DNA of 64,000 bases from an uncultured Pseudomonadota bacterium (GTDB taxonomy: Bacteria; Oederibacteriota; Muellerivitia; Muellerivitales; Muellerivitaceae), in the NCBI GenBank assembly GCA_963843375.1, contig CAWJKT010000011.1:1-64000 (forward strand), in the 5' to 3' direction. Within the stretch, counting starts at the first letter, position 1; each line of letters opens with the position of its first letter. Position numbers and translations under genes: made by a program. The notes beneath the pieces are model-generated. The model had not been told where the DNA came from. It ran no database searches and worked only from the letters and a program-made list of their open reading frames with translations. Shown here piece after piece: positions 32,690 to 42,514 of this stretch.

Positions 32690-34225
32690 ATGAAATACAA
32701 TAAAAGCCGCAAAAGTTGGTTGTTGAATGCCTCGTTTTTAGCATTGGCTGTGCCGTTATTTTCAGGACTCTTCCCGGTTATCGCTACCGCCGCGGTATTG
32801 AAACTTCCCACCGAAGCTCCCACCCCCAATGCCGCCAATAGCGCGGCCGTTGCGCTTCAAAACGCCTTCATTGACGTCGCCGCCAAGGTCAGTCCTGCGG
32901 TGGTCAATATCAGTTCGGAATGGACCGAAGACGTTCGGGGGCTCAATGATTTTGGAGACATGAACGATTTTTTCAACTATTGGTTTTACGGCCCCCGGGG
33001 CGGCCAGCAAAACCGGCAGTTTAAACGAAAGCAACGCAGCCTGGGTTCGGGCTTCATCGTAACCCCCGACGGTTACATTGTTACCAACGCCCATGTGGTG
33101 GGTAAGGCGGAAAAAGTCACCGTCACCCTGGAGGACGGAACCACCTATCCCGCCAAAATTATCGGCAAAGATGAAAAAGTGGATATCGCCGTGATCAAGA
33201 TCGCCGACGAAAAGAAAACCTTCCCCATCGTGCTTTTGGGCGATTCGGACGCCATCAAGGTGGGCCAATGGGCCATCGCCATCGGCAATCCCTTCGCCCT
33301 GGACCATACGGTCACCACCGGGGTTATCTCCGCCAAAGGACGCGAAGAGGAAGTCAGCCAAGACCAGGGCGTCCAAAGCTATATCCAAACCGACGCCTCC
33401 ATCAATCCCGGCAATTCGGGCGGGCCACTTTGCGATATCGACGGACGGGTGATCGGCATCAACAGCGCCATTTACAGCCAATCGGGCGGATCGGTGGGGA
33501 TTGGGTTCGCCATTCCCGCAAACATCGCTCGCAAAGCCGCCGAAGACCTGGTGAACGAGGGGAAAGTTGTTCGCGCGGGGCTCGGCGCCATCGTGCAGGG
33601 CCTTACTCCCAAGATGGCCGAAAGCTTCGGACTTAACAGCACCCAAGGGGCGCTGCTGGCCGGTATTAACCCCGGAAGCGCGGCGGAAAAAGCCGGTTTG
33701 AAGGCGGGGGATATCGTTCTGGAAATTGACGCGGAAAAAATCACGGGCGCAGGCGACCTAGTCGCCAGGCTTTACACCCATCAGCCAGGGGACATCGTGA
33801 ACTTGACCATCTTGAGAAACGGAGCCCAAAGCACCCTCCCGGTAACCCTTCAAAAGTTGGAAGAGACGGCCGCGAAACCCAATTCATCTTCGGAAGAAGG
33901 CGAGGACAACAATGGCGGTCCCACATTGGGCCAAAGTAACAGTCTGGGGCTGGCTTTCCAGGATCAGACGGAGGACATTAAAAGCCAGCTTCCAGCGGGA
34001 GCCCCCAAAGGACCGATCGTCACCAACGTTATCCAACAAAGCCCTGCGGCCCAGGCCGGGTTGCAGCCGGGGGATATTATTTTAAAGGTGGGAAATACCG
34101 CCATTTACTCAGCCAACCAGCTTTCGGTTGTCTTGAAAAAAAGCGATATGAAAGATGGTGTCCGTATTTATCTTTGGCGCGAAGGTGAAACTTCATTCAC
34201 TATCCTGCAATCGGGAGACGAGTAA
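32690..34225 (+). CDS. degP: Do/DegP (HtrA) serine protease with two PDZ domains
   Basis: SLGSGF, TNAHVV, DIAV, IQTDASINPGNSGG; two PDZ domains; signal peptide. Confidence 0.93.
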   Translation: MKYNKSRKSWLLNASFLALAVPLFSGLFPVIATAAVLKLPTEAPTPNAANSAAVALQNAFIDVAAKVSPAVVNISSEWTEDVRGLNDFGDMNDFFNYWFYGPRGGQQNRQFKRKQRSLGSGFIVTPDGYIVTNAHVVGKAEKVTVTLEDGTTYPAKIIGKDEKVDIAVIKIADEKKTFPIVLLGDSDAIKVGQWAIAIGNPFALDHTVTTGVISAKGREEEVSQDQGVQSYIQTDASINPGNSGGPLCDIDGRVIGINSAIYSQSGGSVGIGFAIPANIARKAAEDLVNEGKVVRAGLGAIVQGLTPKMAESFGLNSTQGALLAGINPGSAAEKAGLKAGDIVLEIDAEKITGAGDLVARLYTHQPGDIVNLTILRNGAQSTLPVTLQKLEETAAKPNSSSEEGEDNNGGPTLGQSNSLGLAFQDQTEDIKSQLPAGAPKGPIVTNVIQQSPAAQAGLQPGDIILKVGNTAIYSANQLSVVLKKSDMKDGVRIYLWREGETSFTILQSGDE

Positions 34226-34264
34226 AAATCGTTATCCGTTTTAAGTTTTTGGTTTCGAGTATTC

Positions 34265-34297
34265 AAAAAAGCCCTGGTTTTTTACCAGGGCTTTTTT
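34265..34297. terminator. Intrinsic terminator after degP
   Basis: AAAAAAGCCCTGGT-TTTTT-ACCAGGGCTTTTTT. Confidence 0.85.
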
Positions 34298-34442
34298 ATT
34301 TTCCCCAAGGTTTGAAGGGAGGCTCGTTAGGTCATCACTTAAGCCTTTCTTTTGTCTAAGTAAGTCGAGTTACTTCCTTGAAATTCACAAAGCGGTCTGG
34401 ATAGAATCATTCCCATTCCTGGATTGAAGGTATGGAAGGTAA

Positions 34443-35417
34443 ATGTATTTAAATTACCGGTTGACCGAACTCAACGAATTGGAAGCCTGTTATCCCTTTA
34501 TTCGTGACAGGTTCCATTATGAAGAATCCCTCAAAAAAGATGTTCTGCTCCTGTGGAAGACGCTGATTGAAGAAGGGTGCTGCATCTCCCAGGTTATCGA
34601 TGATCGGGATCAGCCTCCGGACAAACGGCAAGTCGGCTTCGGAATCAGCTTTTTTGCCACGGATCGTTTCATGGAAGAGGCCAAGAGCACTCTCCCCCCT
34701 TTCCTGCACTTGCGGGTTCTTGAAAAGTGGAAAAAAGGCATCCGGCCCTTTATCAAAAAGGACGAGGTTTCCCAGGCCCAGGCCGGCCGGGGTCTCAACG
34801 TGGTGGCCCTGCATTACGGCTGGGACTTTCAAAGATACAATCTGGAAAATTTCATCAAGATCCGTCAATTCTGCACCCAGGCTTTCCTGACCCTGGTGAG
34901 TGGCTACAGGGTCAAGGAATTCGCCGAAGAAGTCTATGAGCCCGAGGAAAGGGACATCATCACCAACCTGGGTTGTGACACTTACCGGGACTATAAGGAG
35001 TTCTTGGGTACTAAATATCTTCCCCCAGTCATACAACGAAGCCATCCTTATTTGATGGGTGTGACCGCGGAGGCGGCCCGAAAAAAGCCCGGCACCGCAG
35101 CTGCGGCCATCGCCCTTTTGGGATCGCCCCGGTTTAATTTCCAGTTGGCGGAACAAGAAATCCTAAGACGGGCCTTGCTGGGTGAAACGGACGAAGAAAT
35201 CGCCCAGGCCCTGGGAATTTCCCTTATTACGGTTAAAAAACGGTGGCAGGGGATTTACGATAAAGTGGAGGCGGTGGACTCGGAACTCCTTGCCGAAGCC
35301 TCAAGTGAGAACCAGGAAAGCGGAAAGATGAAACAGAGGCGTCGTTATTTGCTGAAGAATCTGCGCGACCATCCCGAAGAGCTTTGGCCCGCATCTACCT
35401 CTGGCGCCGCAGGCTAA
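34443..35417 (+). CDS. Transcriptional regulator with C-terminal LuxR-like HTH and unassigned N-terminal domain
   Basis: GETDEEIAQALGISLITVKKRW. Confidence 0.75.
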   Translation: MYLNYRLTELNELEACYPFIRDRFHYEESLKKDVLLLWKTLIEEGCCISQVIDDRDQPPDKRQVGFGISFFATDRFMEEAKSTLPPFLHLRVLEKWKKGIRPFIKKDEVSQAQAGRGLNVVALHYGWDFQRYNLENFIKIRQFCTQAFLTLVSGYRVKEFAEEVYEPEERDIITNLGCDTYRDYKEFLGTKYLPPVIQRSHPYLMGVTAEAARKKPGTAAAAIALLGSPRFNFQLAEQEILRRALLGETDEEIAQALGISLITVKKRWQGIYDKVEAVDSELLAEASSENQESGKMKQRRRYLLKNLRDHPEELWPASTSGAAG

Positions 35418-35689
35418 AGCCATTCCCCATAAAATCCGAAACTAACTTCCCGGAATTATGTCTCAAGCCGAGTGTCTTCCCTATATCTTTTTTTCTTTTT
35501 TAAAACCGAGTTGTGGTTTTTCTAGTTGAAAAAATTTTCCTCAGGTGTTTTCACGTTTGAAGGGATAACGTTATTGGGGCCCTAAAATTTTTTCATGAAA
35601 ATATACCAAAGGTATAAGACCTAATTCCCCTTCCCGGCAACAATAAGCCGCATCAAGGGTTCTGTGGGGCCCAACCCAAGGAGGTTCTT

Positions 35690-36121
35690 ATGCAAAAGTT
35701 TTCAGCCGATATCGTCTACAACAACCAGTATCCGGATTTCATTACCCTTCGGATCAAGGGCGACGTTAATATCAGTACCTTGAACCAAGTCGAAAAAAGT
35801 CTGGATTCTATTTTCACCTCTTGCCGCGGGAAAAGAATCCTTTTCGATTTGACGGAAACAAGTTACGTGAGTAGCAGCGGTTGGAGCTTGTTATTGATCG
35901 CCTATAAACGTATACAAGACATGGGGGGAAGGTTTCTGCTGACCGGGATGAATACGGAAATTTACTATGCTTTCGAGCTCCTGGAATTTCAAAACCTTAT
36001 GGATCATTATCCAGACACCGCGACAGCCATTCGGGAAAGCCTGAAGGAAACGGTTTTGCCGCCTCCCCCGCCCTCTCCAAAAGGAAAATGGGGCAAAGAA
36101 ATGCTTAAACTCGTTTTATAG
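35690..36121 (+). CDS. STAS-domain (anti-sigma antagonist) protein
   Basis: FDLTETSYVSSSG motif; AGGAGG RBS. Confidence 0.85.
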   Translation: MQKFSADIVYNNQYPDFITLRIKGDVNISTLNQVEKSLDSIFTSCRGKRILFDLTETSYVSSSGWSLLLIAYKRIQDMGGRFLLTGMNTEIYYAFELLEFQNLMDHYPDTATAIRESLKETVLPPPPPSPKGKWGKEMLKLVL

Positions 36122-36172
36122 GCTTCCTCTAAAAGTTACTTGGTTTTTCCCTTGTCCCTCTTACCCCTTGGG

Positions 36173-36595
36173 TTACCCAAAAATCAGACGGCCTAAAAAG
36201 ATCAGCCAAATAAGACTGTTGCAGAGATGTCCCGTCCAGCAGACCCGGCATTCCAGCTTATCCCGCAGGAGAATCCAGGCGAGCCAAAGGGTCATCAGGA
36301 AAGCGAAGGTCGTGGCCGCGAAAAGAATTCCCCAAGACCAATGAAAATAAAGACCCGTACCCAGCAGAGGATAATAAAGAACTCCAAGGGCAGAGTTTGG
36401 TACGCCTAGGAGGGCGGCGTTGGGGGTTCGGAAAAGCACCTGACAGCCGCCCGCTTCCAATCGGCAGATGTTGGGCCCGGTGAGAAAAGCGGGAAGGGTG
36501 CGGTAGCGACCGAAAAGAGCGATGGCAGCTGAAATAAAACCAACAATTAAGCACATGCCTAAGACCACAGTAATCATGAGATTACCATAACTCAA
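36173..36595 (-). CDS. Vitamin K epoxide reductase family protein
   Basis: CRLEAGGC loop cysteines, GVPNSALG, CRVC redox motif, TM helices. Confidence 0.8.
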   Translation of the reverse strand: MSYGNLMITVVLGMCLIVGFISAAIALFGRYRTLPAFLTGPNICRLEAGGCQVLFRTPNAALLGVPNSALGVLYYPLLGTGLYFHWSWGILFAATTFAFLMTLWLAWILLRDKLECRVCWTGHLCNSLIWLIFLGRLIFG

Positions 36596-36682
36596 AAATT
36601 CAAGATTTCAAACTTGTCTGAGGAATTTAGGACGATGAATTAAGGAAGAAAATCAGATTGATCGCTTTCTGTATCTAAGAAT

Positions 36683-37345
36683 CTAAGAGGCTAAACGGTA
36701 TAAAGCCCGAAACCGCCGGATGGGCGGATCTTCCAAATCCATGAAGTCCTCAAAAGAATCGCAATTCAAATTCTCTTCTAAAAAGCAAGAAAGGTCATTC
36801 TTGGTCAAGGGCCAGGGCGGGCCCTCGGGAAGCTGGTTGGGTTCTTTTCCACGGCTGATGACCAAAAGATTCCCCTGAGCGCTGACTAAGCGGCCCAGGC
36901 AGCTGATGGCTTCCTCCCGCAAGGGGGACTGAAGCGATTGGAGGGTATAGGCCTCGAAAACAAAATCAAAATAACGAGTCCAACCGGCTGGCGCCTGGAA
37001 AAGATCCATTGTCTCATAACGGACCTTGGAAAAGGGGAAGCGCCTTTTGCACCAGGCAATAGCGGTGGGTGAAATATCGAAAGCCGTCACGGCAAGACCC
37101 CGGCGCGTAAGTTCCTCGGCGTCATCCCCCAAACCGCAACCCACGATAAGGGCTTTTTTTCCAGGCGGCACCGGATTTTTTTCCAACCATTCCACCAGAT
37201 GGGGATTGGCGGACAAGTTAGCCCAAGGAATAGCCAGTTCATCCCCGTTTGCCCCGGCGTAAACAGCTTCAAACCATCCCAAAGGGTCCTTGTTTTTGAA
37301 GTGTTCTTCGGCTTTGATTTGTACGAGAATGCGGGTGACTTCCAT
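36683..37345 (-). CDS. Class I SAM-dependent methyltransferase (TPMT-like)
   Basis: VGCGLGDDA, FDISPTAI, GPPWPL; AAGGAG RBS before ATG 37345. Confidence 0.85.
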   Translation of the reverse strand: MEVTRILVQIKAEEHFKNKDPLGWFEAVYAGANGDELAIPWANLSANPHLVEWLEKNPVPPGKKALIVGCGLGDDAEELTRRGLAVTAFDISPTAIAWCKRRFPFSKVRYETMDLFQAPAGWTRYFDFVFEAYTLQSLQSPLREEAISCLGRLVSAQGNLLVISRGKEPNQLPEGPPWPLTKNDLSCFLEENLNCDSFEDFMDLEDPPIRRFRALYRLAS

Positions 37346-37530
37346 GTTCTCTCCTTGTTTATCAACTGGTAAGTATTGGAAGAGCAAGAGGAGTGCCATC
37401 TCAAATTCAATTTTTGAAGGGCCTTTTCCAAGGCCTTATTGAGGGCTCGAAAAAACGTGAAGACAATTTTGTAGCGCGCACAGAACAAGCACGACACGAT
37501 TAAGTTAATTTTGGGTAAGGAAAATCAGCA

Positions 37531-38007
37531 TTGAATATCTTGCATGTTTTAAGCGGGGATTTCGTAGCTGGATCGGAGACTTCCACCGCCGCTTTGATCC
37601 AGAGGCAAGTGGGGGCGGGACATCGCGCCTTTATCGCCGCCGGAAGCTTCAGCCAGCCCACCCTGGGCCAATTCATTCAGGTTCCAATTTATGACAGGGG
37701 TCTTCTCCATCGTTTTTTGAATATCAAGTTGATAGTTCAAATTATCCGCCGAGAAAAAATCGACATCGTCCACGCACATTCCCGGGCGGCCAGTTGGGTT
37801 TGCTATTGGGCCTGCCGTTTCACTCAAACGGCCTACCTGTCCACCCTGCATGGCCGCCAGCACCTTCATCTTTCCAACCGCCGCCATAACGTGTACGGCC
37901 CCCGGGTCATCACGGTTTGCGAAAATATCCGCGAGCAAATGCTGAACGAAACTTCGGTCTTCCAGCCAGACCAACTGGTGGTTATCCGTAATGGCCTCTC
38001 ACTCTAA
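37531..38007 (+). CDS. Glycosyltransferase family 4 N-terminal domain
   Basis: MNILHVLS, GSE, DIVHAHSRA, TLHG, VIRNG. Confidence 0.8.
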   Translation: MNILHVLSGDFVAGSETSTAALIQRQVGAGHRAFIAAGSFSQPTLGQFIQVPIYDRGLLHRFLNIKLIVQIIRREKIDIVHAHSRAASWVCYWACRFTQTAYLSTLHGRQHLHLSNRRHNVYGPRVITVCENIREQMLNETSVFQPDQLVVIRNGLSL

Positions 38008-39304
38008 GCCGACGGTCCTGATCGTGGGCCGGCTTTCGGGGCCTAAGAACGAGGTCCTGCTTACATTCCTGAGAGCGTCAGCTCCGCTTGTCGCCCAAGA
38101 AATCAAAGGTGTCAGATTCCAGATTGTGGGCGGCCCAATCGGGGATGAACACCGGCAATTGGAAAAGCGTTTCCCCGTCGCCCATTTCGAGGGTCACCAA
38201 CAAGACTTGAAGCCCTTTTACCAGAAGGCGGACGTGGTTGTGGGCGCGGGCCGGGTGGCATTGGAGGCTATGGCTTTGAAGCGTCCCGTTGTGGCCCTCG
38301 GGGAAAAAATGTACGTGGGCCCATTGTTTCCTGAAAATATCGAAACAGCCGAAAAAACCAATTTTGGGGATTGTTTTGAAAAGGAAGCTTTCGATTGGGA
38401 CCAAACAGCCAAGGACCTCATCCAACTGCTGAAGAACGGGATGAAGCGCAACCAGGCAGCCAAGGCCGGTTTTCAACTAGTCCATTCCAAATACAACATG
38501 AAAAAAATATTTCCCGCGACGGAAGAATTGTACCAGCGGGTTTTACTGGATAAGAACATTGCCGCCGTGCATGAAATACCCGTTTTGATGTACCACCGGG
38601 TTGTAGAAGAGGCGCCTTCTGCCTCCAAATACAACATCTATGTCACCCGCCGAAATTTGGAAAAGCAATTTCGATTCCTCAAGACACGAGGTTTTGAGTC
38701 CATTACTTTCCAGGATTTGATGACCCGCCGAATTCCGCCGAAGCCGGTCATCCTCACATTCGATGACGGTTACGAGGATAGTTACGAACAGCTTTTCCCC
38801 TTGCTTCAACAAAATCAAGTGAAAGCGGTGGTCTACATACTGGGTAACCGGAAGCACCGGAATAACTTTTGGGATATTCCCCAAGGCGAACCGGAGGCGT
38901 CCCTATTGAGGGATAGTCAGATTCGGGAAATGTCCCAGAGCGGTCTGGTGGAGTTCGGCGCCCATTCGCTGAACCATCCCAGGCTCACTCTTTTGAAGCC
39001 GCAAGAGGTCCGGGAAGAAGTGGAGGGTTCCAAGAAATCCATTGAGAAACTATTGGGGAAACCTGTCCTTTCCTTTGCCTATCCTTATGGCTTCTTTAAC
39101 GAGGAAATCAAAAAAATTACAAGGGAGGCAGGTTATACCTTCGGCATCGCCGTGAAAGGGCGATTCACCCGCTTTAGTGAGGACCTGATGGAAATCCGGC
39201 GGGTCCATATGTTTCCCAATACTTCCATAACCGATCTTTGGAAAAAAACCAGCGGGTTTTACCACCGCTACCGAAAATTCACCGGAAGATTCGATGCCGA
39301 TTAA
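37991..39304 (+). CDS. GT4 C-terminal domain fused to a NodB-type polysaccharide deacetylase
   Basis: VGRLSGPK and GRVALEAMA; then LMYHRV, LTFDDGY, GAHSLNH, FAYPYG. Confidence 0.85.
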   Translation: MASHSKPTVLIVGRLSGPKNEVLLTFLRASAPLVAQEIKGVRFQIVGGPIGDEHRQLEKRFPVAHFEGHQQDLKPFYQKADVVVGAGRVALEAMALKRPVVALGEKMYVGPLFPENIETAEKTNFGDCFEKEAFDWDQTAKDLIQLLKNGMKRNQAAKAGFQLVHSKYNMKKIFPATEELYQRVLLDKNIAAVHEIPVLMYHRVVEEAPSASKYNIYVTRRNLEKQFRFLKTRGFESITFQDLMTRRIPPKPVILTFDDGYEDSYEQLFPLLQQNQVKAVVYILGNRKHRNNFWDIPQGEPEASLLRDSQIREMSQSGLVEFGAHSLNHPRLTLLKPQEVREEVEGSKKSIEKLLGKPVLSFAYPYGFFNEEIKKITREAGYTFGIAVKGRFTRFSEDLMEIRRVHMFPNTSITDLWKKTSGFYHRYRKFTGRFDAD

Positions 39305-40076
39305 ACTCTCGATGGTCATCATTACCTTGAACGAAGAGCGCAATATCAGGCGTTGCCTAAAAAGCCTTCGGTTCTCCTCCAAAGTTTTCGGCAAGCCCGA
39401 AGTGATTGTGGTAGACGCTCGAAGTAAGGATAAAACCGTTAGCTTGGCCCGGGGATTGGGGGCGAAAGTTCTCATCCGCTCTTGGAAGGGATATTCGGAA
39501 CAGAAGAATTGGGCTTTCGGCAAAACGAAAGGCGATTGGATTTTGTCTCTTGATGCTGACGAAGAATTGACCCCCGAACTTTGCCGTGAGATTGAGGAAA
39601 AAATCGTAAATGCCCCAAAAGAGGTGGATGGTTATTTCATCAAGCGCCGGGCATATTTCCTGGGCCGATGGATCCGACATTGCGGTTGGTGGCCGGACGC
39701 CCAATTGAGGCTGATTCGACGGGGAAAAGGGAAGTTCACAAACCGTCCGGTGCATGAAGGCATGGAAGTAAAGGGTTCAACGCTTGATCTGAAGGAACCC
39801 ATGAACCACTACACCTATGATTCTGTCTCCCAATATCTGGAGAAGATGAACCGGTATTCGGACCTTTTCCTTTTAAACGCTTCTGAAAAGAAAAAAAAAT
39901 TTTGGTGGGCCTACTTGGTCTTTATGCCCGGTTGGACTTTCTTCAAGATGTACCTTCTGAGGCTGGGAATCCTGGATGGCTGGCGGGGACTGCAAGTCTG
40001 TGGACTTTCTTCTTATCATGAAGTCGTGAAATACGTTAAGCTAGGAAGGATTTGGAGGCCGGTGAATAATGGATGA
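39294..40076 (+). CDS. Glycosyltransferase family 2 (WaaE/KdtX-like)
   Basis: IITLNEE, QKNWA, WILSLDADE, VHE. Confidence 0.88.
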   Translation: MPIKLSMVIITLNEERNIRRCLKSLRFSSKVFGKPEVIVVDARSKDKTVSLARGLGAKVLIRSWKGYSEQKNWAFGKTKGDWILSLDADEELTPELCREIEEKIVNAPKEVDGYFIKRRAYFLGRWIRHCGWWPDAQLRLIRRGKGKFTNRPVHEGMEVKGSTLDLKEPMNHYTYDSVSQYLEKMNRYSDLFLLNASEKKKKFWWAYLVFMPGWTFFKMYLLRLGILDGWRGLQVCGLSSYHEVVKYVKLGRIWRPVNNG

Positions 40077-40383
40077 ATTCAAAGAAATACCGGTGGAAGA
40101 GGCCCGCAAGATGCTGGATTCGGGCAAGGCCTTTTTCGTGGACGTGAGGGACCCGGCTTCTTACGAGGCCGCCCATGTGCCCGGAGCTCTTCCTTTAAAC
40201 GACGCGAACATCGAAGAGTTCGTCACCCAGACCGACAAAGCCAAACCCATCGTGGTTTATTGCTACCACGGGCACACCAGCCAGGGCGCGGCTGCCTACC
40301 TGCTAGATCAAGGCTTTCAGGAAGTCTACAGCGTCATCGGTGGGTTCGAACGGTGGCGGCAGACGGAGAAAATCGAAAGCTAA
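40069..40383 (+). CDS. glpE: Thiosulfate sulfurtransferase GlpE (rhodanese)
   Basis: VDVRD, HVPGA, YCYHGHTS. Confidence 0.85.
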   Translation: MDEFKEIPVEEARKMLDSGKAFFVDVRDPASYEAAHVPGALPLNDANIEEFVTQTDKAKPIVVYCYHGHTSQGAAAYLLDQGFQEVYSVIGGFERWRQTEKIES

Positions 40384-40413
40384 TCCGGGAAATTGCGTTT
40401 AGAGGCGGGGAAA

Positions 40414-40896
40414 ATGGGTGTGTGGGATAAGGAATACAGGCATTGGCTGATGAAGGCCGAGCCGGACGTTTATCCGGTAGAGCAATGGAAGAAGGACAAG
40501 GTCACCTTCTGGGACGGAGTGCGAAACTACACCGCCCGCAATTTCATGCGCGACAAAATGAGGAAGGGCGACGGAATGTTCTTCTACTACTCCGGGGGCA
40601 AGCCCAGCGGAATCGCGGGGGTGGGGGAAATCGTGAAGGAAGGCTATCCCGACCACACGGCTTTCGATCCCAAGGACATCCATTACGACCCCAAGAGCGA
40701 CCCGAATAAGCCCTCTTGGTACATGGTAGACGTGAAATACGTGAAAACCTGCAAACAGGTTATCCCTTTGGACTTTCTGAAAAAAGTCCCGGGCCTCAAG
40801 AACATGGCTTTATTCAAGTATTCCCGCCTATCGGTCCAGCCCGTCACCGAGGCGGAATGGAAAATCATCAACCGCCTGATCGACGGCCAAAATTAG
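40414..40896 (+). CDS. EVE-domain protein
   Basis: WLMKAEP, WDGVRNYTARN, YDPKS, RLSVQPV. Confidence 0.9.
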   Translation: MGVWDKEYRHWLMKAEPDVYPVEQWKKDKVTFWDGVRNYTARNFMRDKMRKGDGMFFYYSGGKPSGIAGVGEIVKEGYPDHTAFDPKDIHYDPKSDPNKPSWYMVDVKYVKTCKQVIPLDFLKKVPGLKNMALFKYSRLSVQPVTEAEWKIINRLIDGQN

Positions 40897-40936
40897 TCGG
40901 CCAGTCGCGGTTTCCCTTGTTAAAATAACGCCCATT

Positions 40937-41932
40937 ATGTTTTCCATTTTTAAATGGTTCAGTTTTTTTCTTATGGGACTTTCTTGCTTCGCCCCCCTCT
41001 TGGCGGATCCACTTTCATTCCTCCAATTGCAACTGGATGTTCCTTTGACCGGAGGCACTTCCCGGTTTGACCACCAGGCTTTCGATACGGATACCGGTAC
41101 GCTCTTCATCGCCCATATGGGAGCCGGACAAATCATCGTTTACAACACGAAAACAGGCAAAGTGGAAGCAACCCTGGCGGGTTATCCTGGCGTGACGGGA
41201 TTGCTCTATGTTCCCGAATTGCATTATCTTTACGCCGGTGTTACCCGTTTGCACCAAGTGGCGGTGATCGATACCCGACGATTGCGGGAAGTGGCCCGGA
41301 TTCCAGCCGGACATTATCCCGATGGAATGGCCTATGTGCCCGACACCCACGAGCTTTATGTTTCGGATGAGATTGGTGGGGAAGAAACGGTCATCGACGT
41401 GGTCAAGAACCGTCGGGTGGCTTCGATTCCGGCCGGGGGCCAGGTGGGCGATACCCGCTATGATCCCAACAGCCACCTGGTTTTAGTGAACGGCCAGACC
41501 AAGAATGAACTGATCGCCATCGACCCCCGAACCCGCAAGATCGTGAACCGCCATCCCCTTCACGCCGGAAAACATCCCCATGGGCTTTACGTGGATTCCA
41601 ATTCCCATCTGGCTTTCATCGGTTGTGCCGGGGATGGCAAACTGGTGGTCATGGATTTGAATAATTTTCAGGAAACGGGGGTGTCGGACCTCGGCAAAGA
41701 CCCGGATGGGCTAACATTTGATCCCCAATTGGGATACCTTTATGTTGCTTCCGAATCTGGAGTGGTTTCCCTATTCCGGGTTCGCGACCGAAAGGTCGAA
41801 AAGATCGGTGATTTTCCCGTGGGTCGAAACGCCCACTCGGTTGCGGTGGATCCCCAAACCCACTTCGCTTATTTCCCCCTCCTGAAGGTTAACAAAGGAC
41901 CGGTTCTGAGGATCATGAAGCCCGCTCAATAA
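40937..41932 (+). CDS. Secreted YncE/YVTN-type beta-propeller protein
   Basis: Signal peptide; repeated P(D/H)G blade motifs. Confidence 0.75.
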   Translation: MFSIFKWFSFFLMGLSCFAPLLADPLSFLQLQLDVPLTGGTSRFDHQAFDTDTGTLFIAHMGAGQIIVYNTKTGKVEATLAGYPGVTGLLYVPELHYLYAGVTRLHQVAVIDTRRLREVARIPAGHYPDGMAYVPDTHELYVSDEIGGEETVIDVVKNRRVASIPAGGQVGDTRYDPNSHLVLVNGQTKNELIAIDPRTRKIVNRHPLHAGKHPHGLYVDSNSHLAFIGCAGDGKLVVMDLNNFQETGVSDLGKDPDGLTFDPQLGYLYVASESGVVSLFRVRDRKVEKIGDFPVGRNAHSVAVDPQTHFAYFPLLKVNKGPVLRIMKPAQ

Positions 41933-42495
41933 ATGTAAGGGATAAGTTTTTTGACCTTTTTGGAATAGACCGCATAGCCATCCCCAAAATGAGATAGCAG
42001 GTAGCTTTCCTCTTGGCCCGTTTTCCGGATCATAGCGAAAGTTAAAAGGCACACACCCAAAAGGTTCCCAACATGGCCCACGGTCAGGGCGGCGCCCAGG
42101 AGGCCGGTTAAGATACCGGTATACATGGGATGCCGTGCCAGGGCATAAGGACCACTTTGTATAAGTTCGTGGTCCTTCTTCAAGGTTACGGTGCCGCTCC
42201 AATTTCCTCCCAAAGTGATACGCGCCCAAAGGCAGAATAGAATTCCCAGGGCGCAAACCCCAACCCCAAAGAAACCAAAAAAAATGGAGAAAGGGAGAAT
42301 TGGAAAACCCAGGAAACCCCATGAATTAAATGGCGAGAAAGCCGCCCAAAAGGAGGTCGCGAGCATGGCGACATGAACAGCCCGTTCTGCATAAGATTGG
42401 CGTTTCACGACCTTCTTCACCCTCAGAGCAGCCCAAAACATATAAACACTGAATGTCGCGAAAATAACCACACAGATTTTCGTAAAGAGGTTCAA
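41926..42495 (-). CDS. Isoprenylcysteine carboxylmethyltransferase-family membrane protein
   Basis: LGGNWS, HELIQSGPY..RHPMY, EE..L..HFG..Y. Confidence 0.85.
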   Translation of the reverse strand: MNLFTKICVVIFATFSVYMFWAALRVKKVVKRQSYAERAVHVAMLATSFWAAFSPFNSWGFLGFPILPFSIFFGFFGVGVCALGILFCLWARITLGGNWSGTVTLKKDHELIQSGPYALARHPMYTGILTGLLGAALTVGHVGNLLGVCLLTFAMIRKTGQEESYLLSHFGDGYAVYSKKVKKLIPYIY

Positions 42496-42514
42496 CAGTC
42501 TCCTCCCGTCGGGG

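Noticed and set aside
35546..35561. TGTTTTCACGTTTGAA as a third parS site
   Set aside because: The right half is not symmetric; too many mismatches
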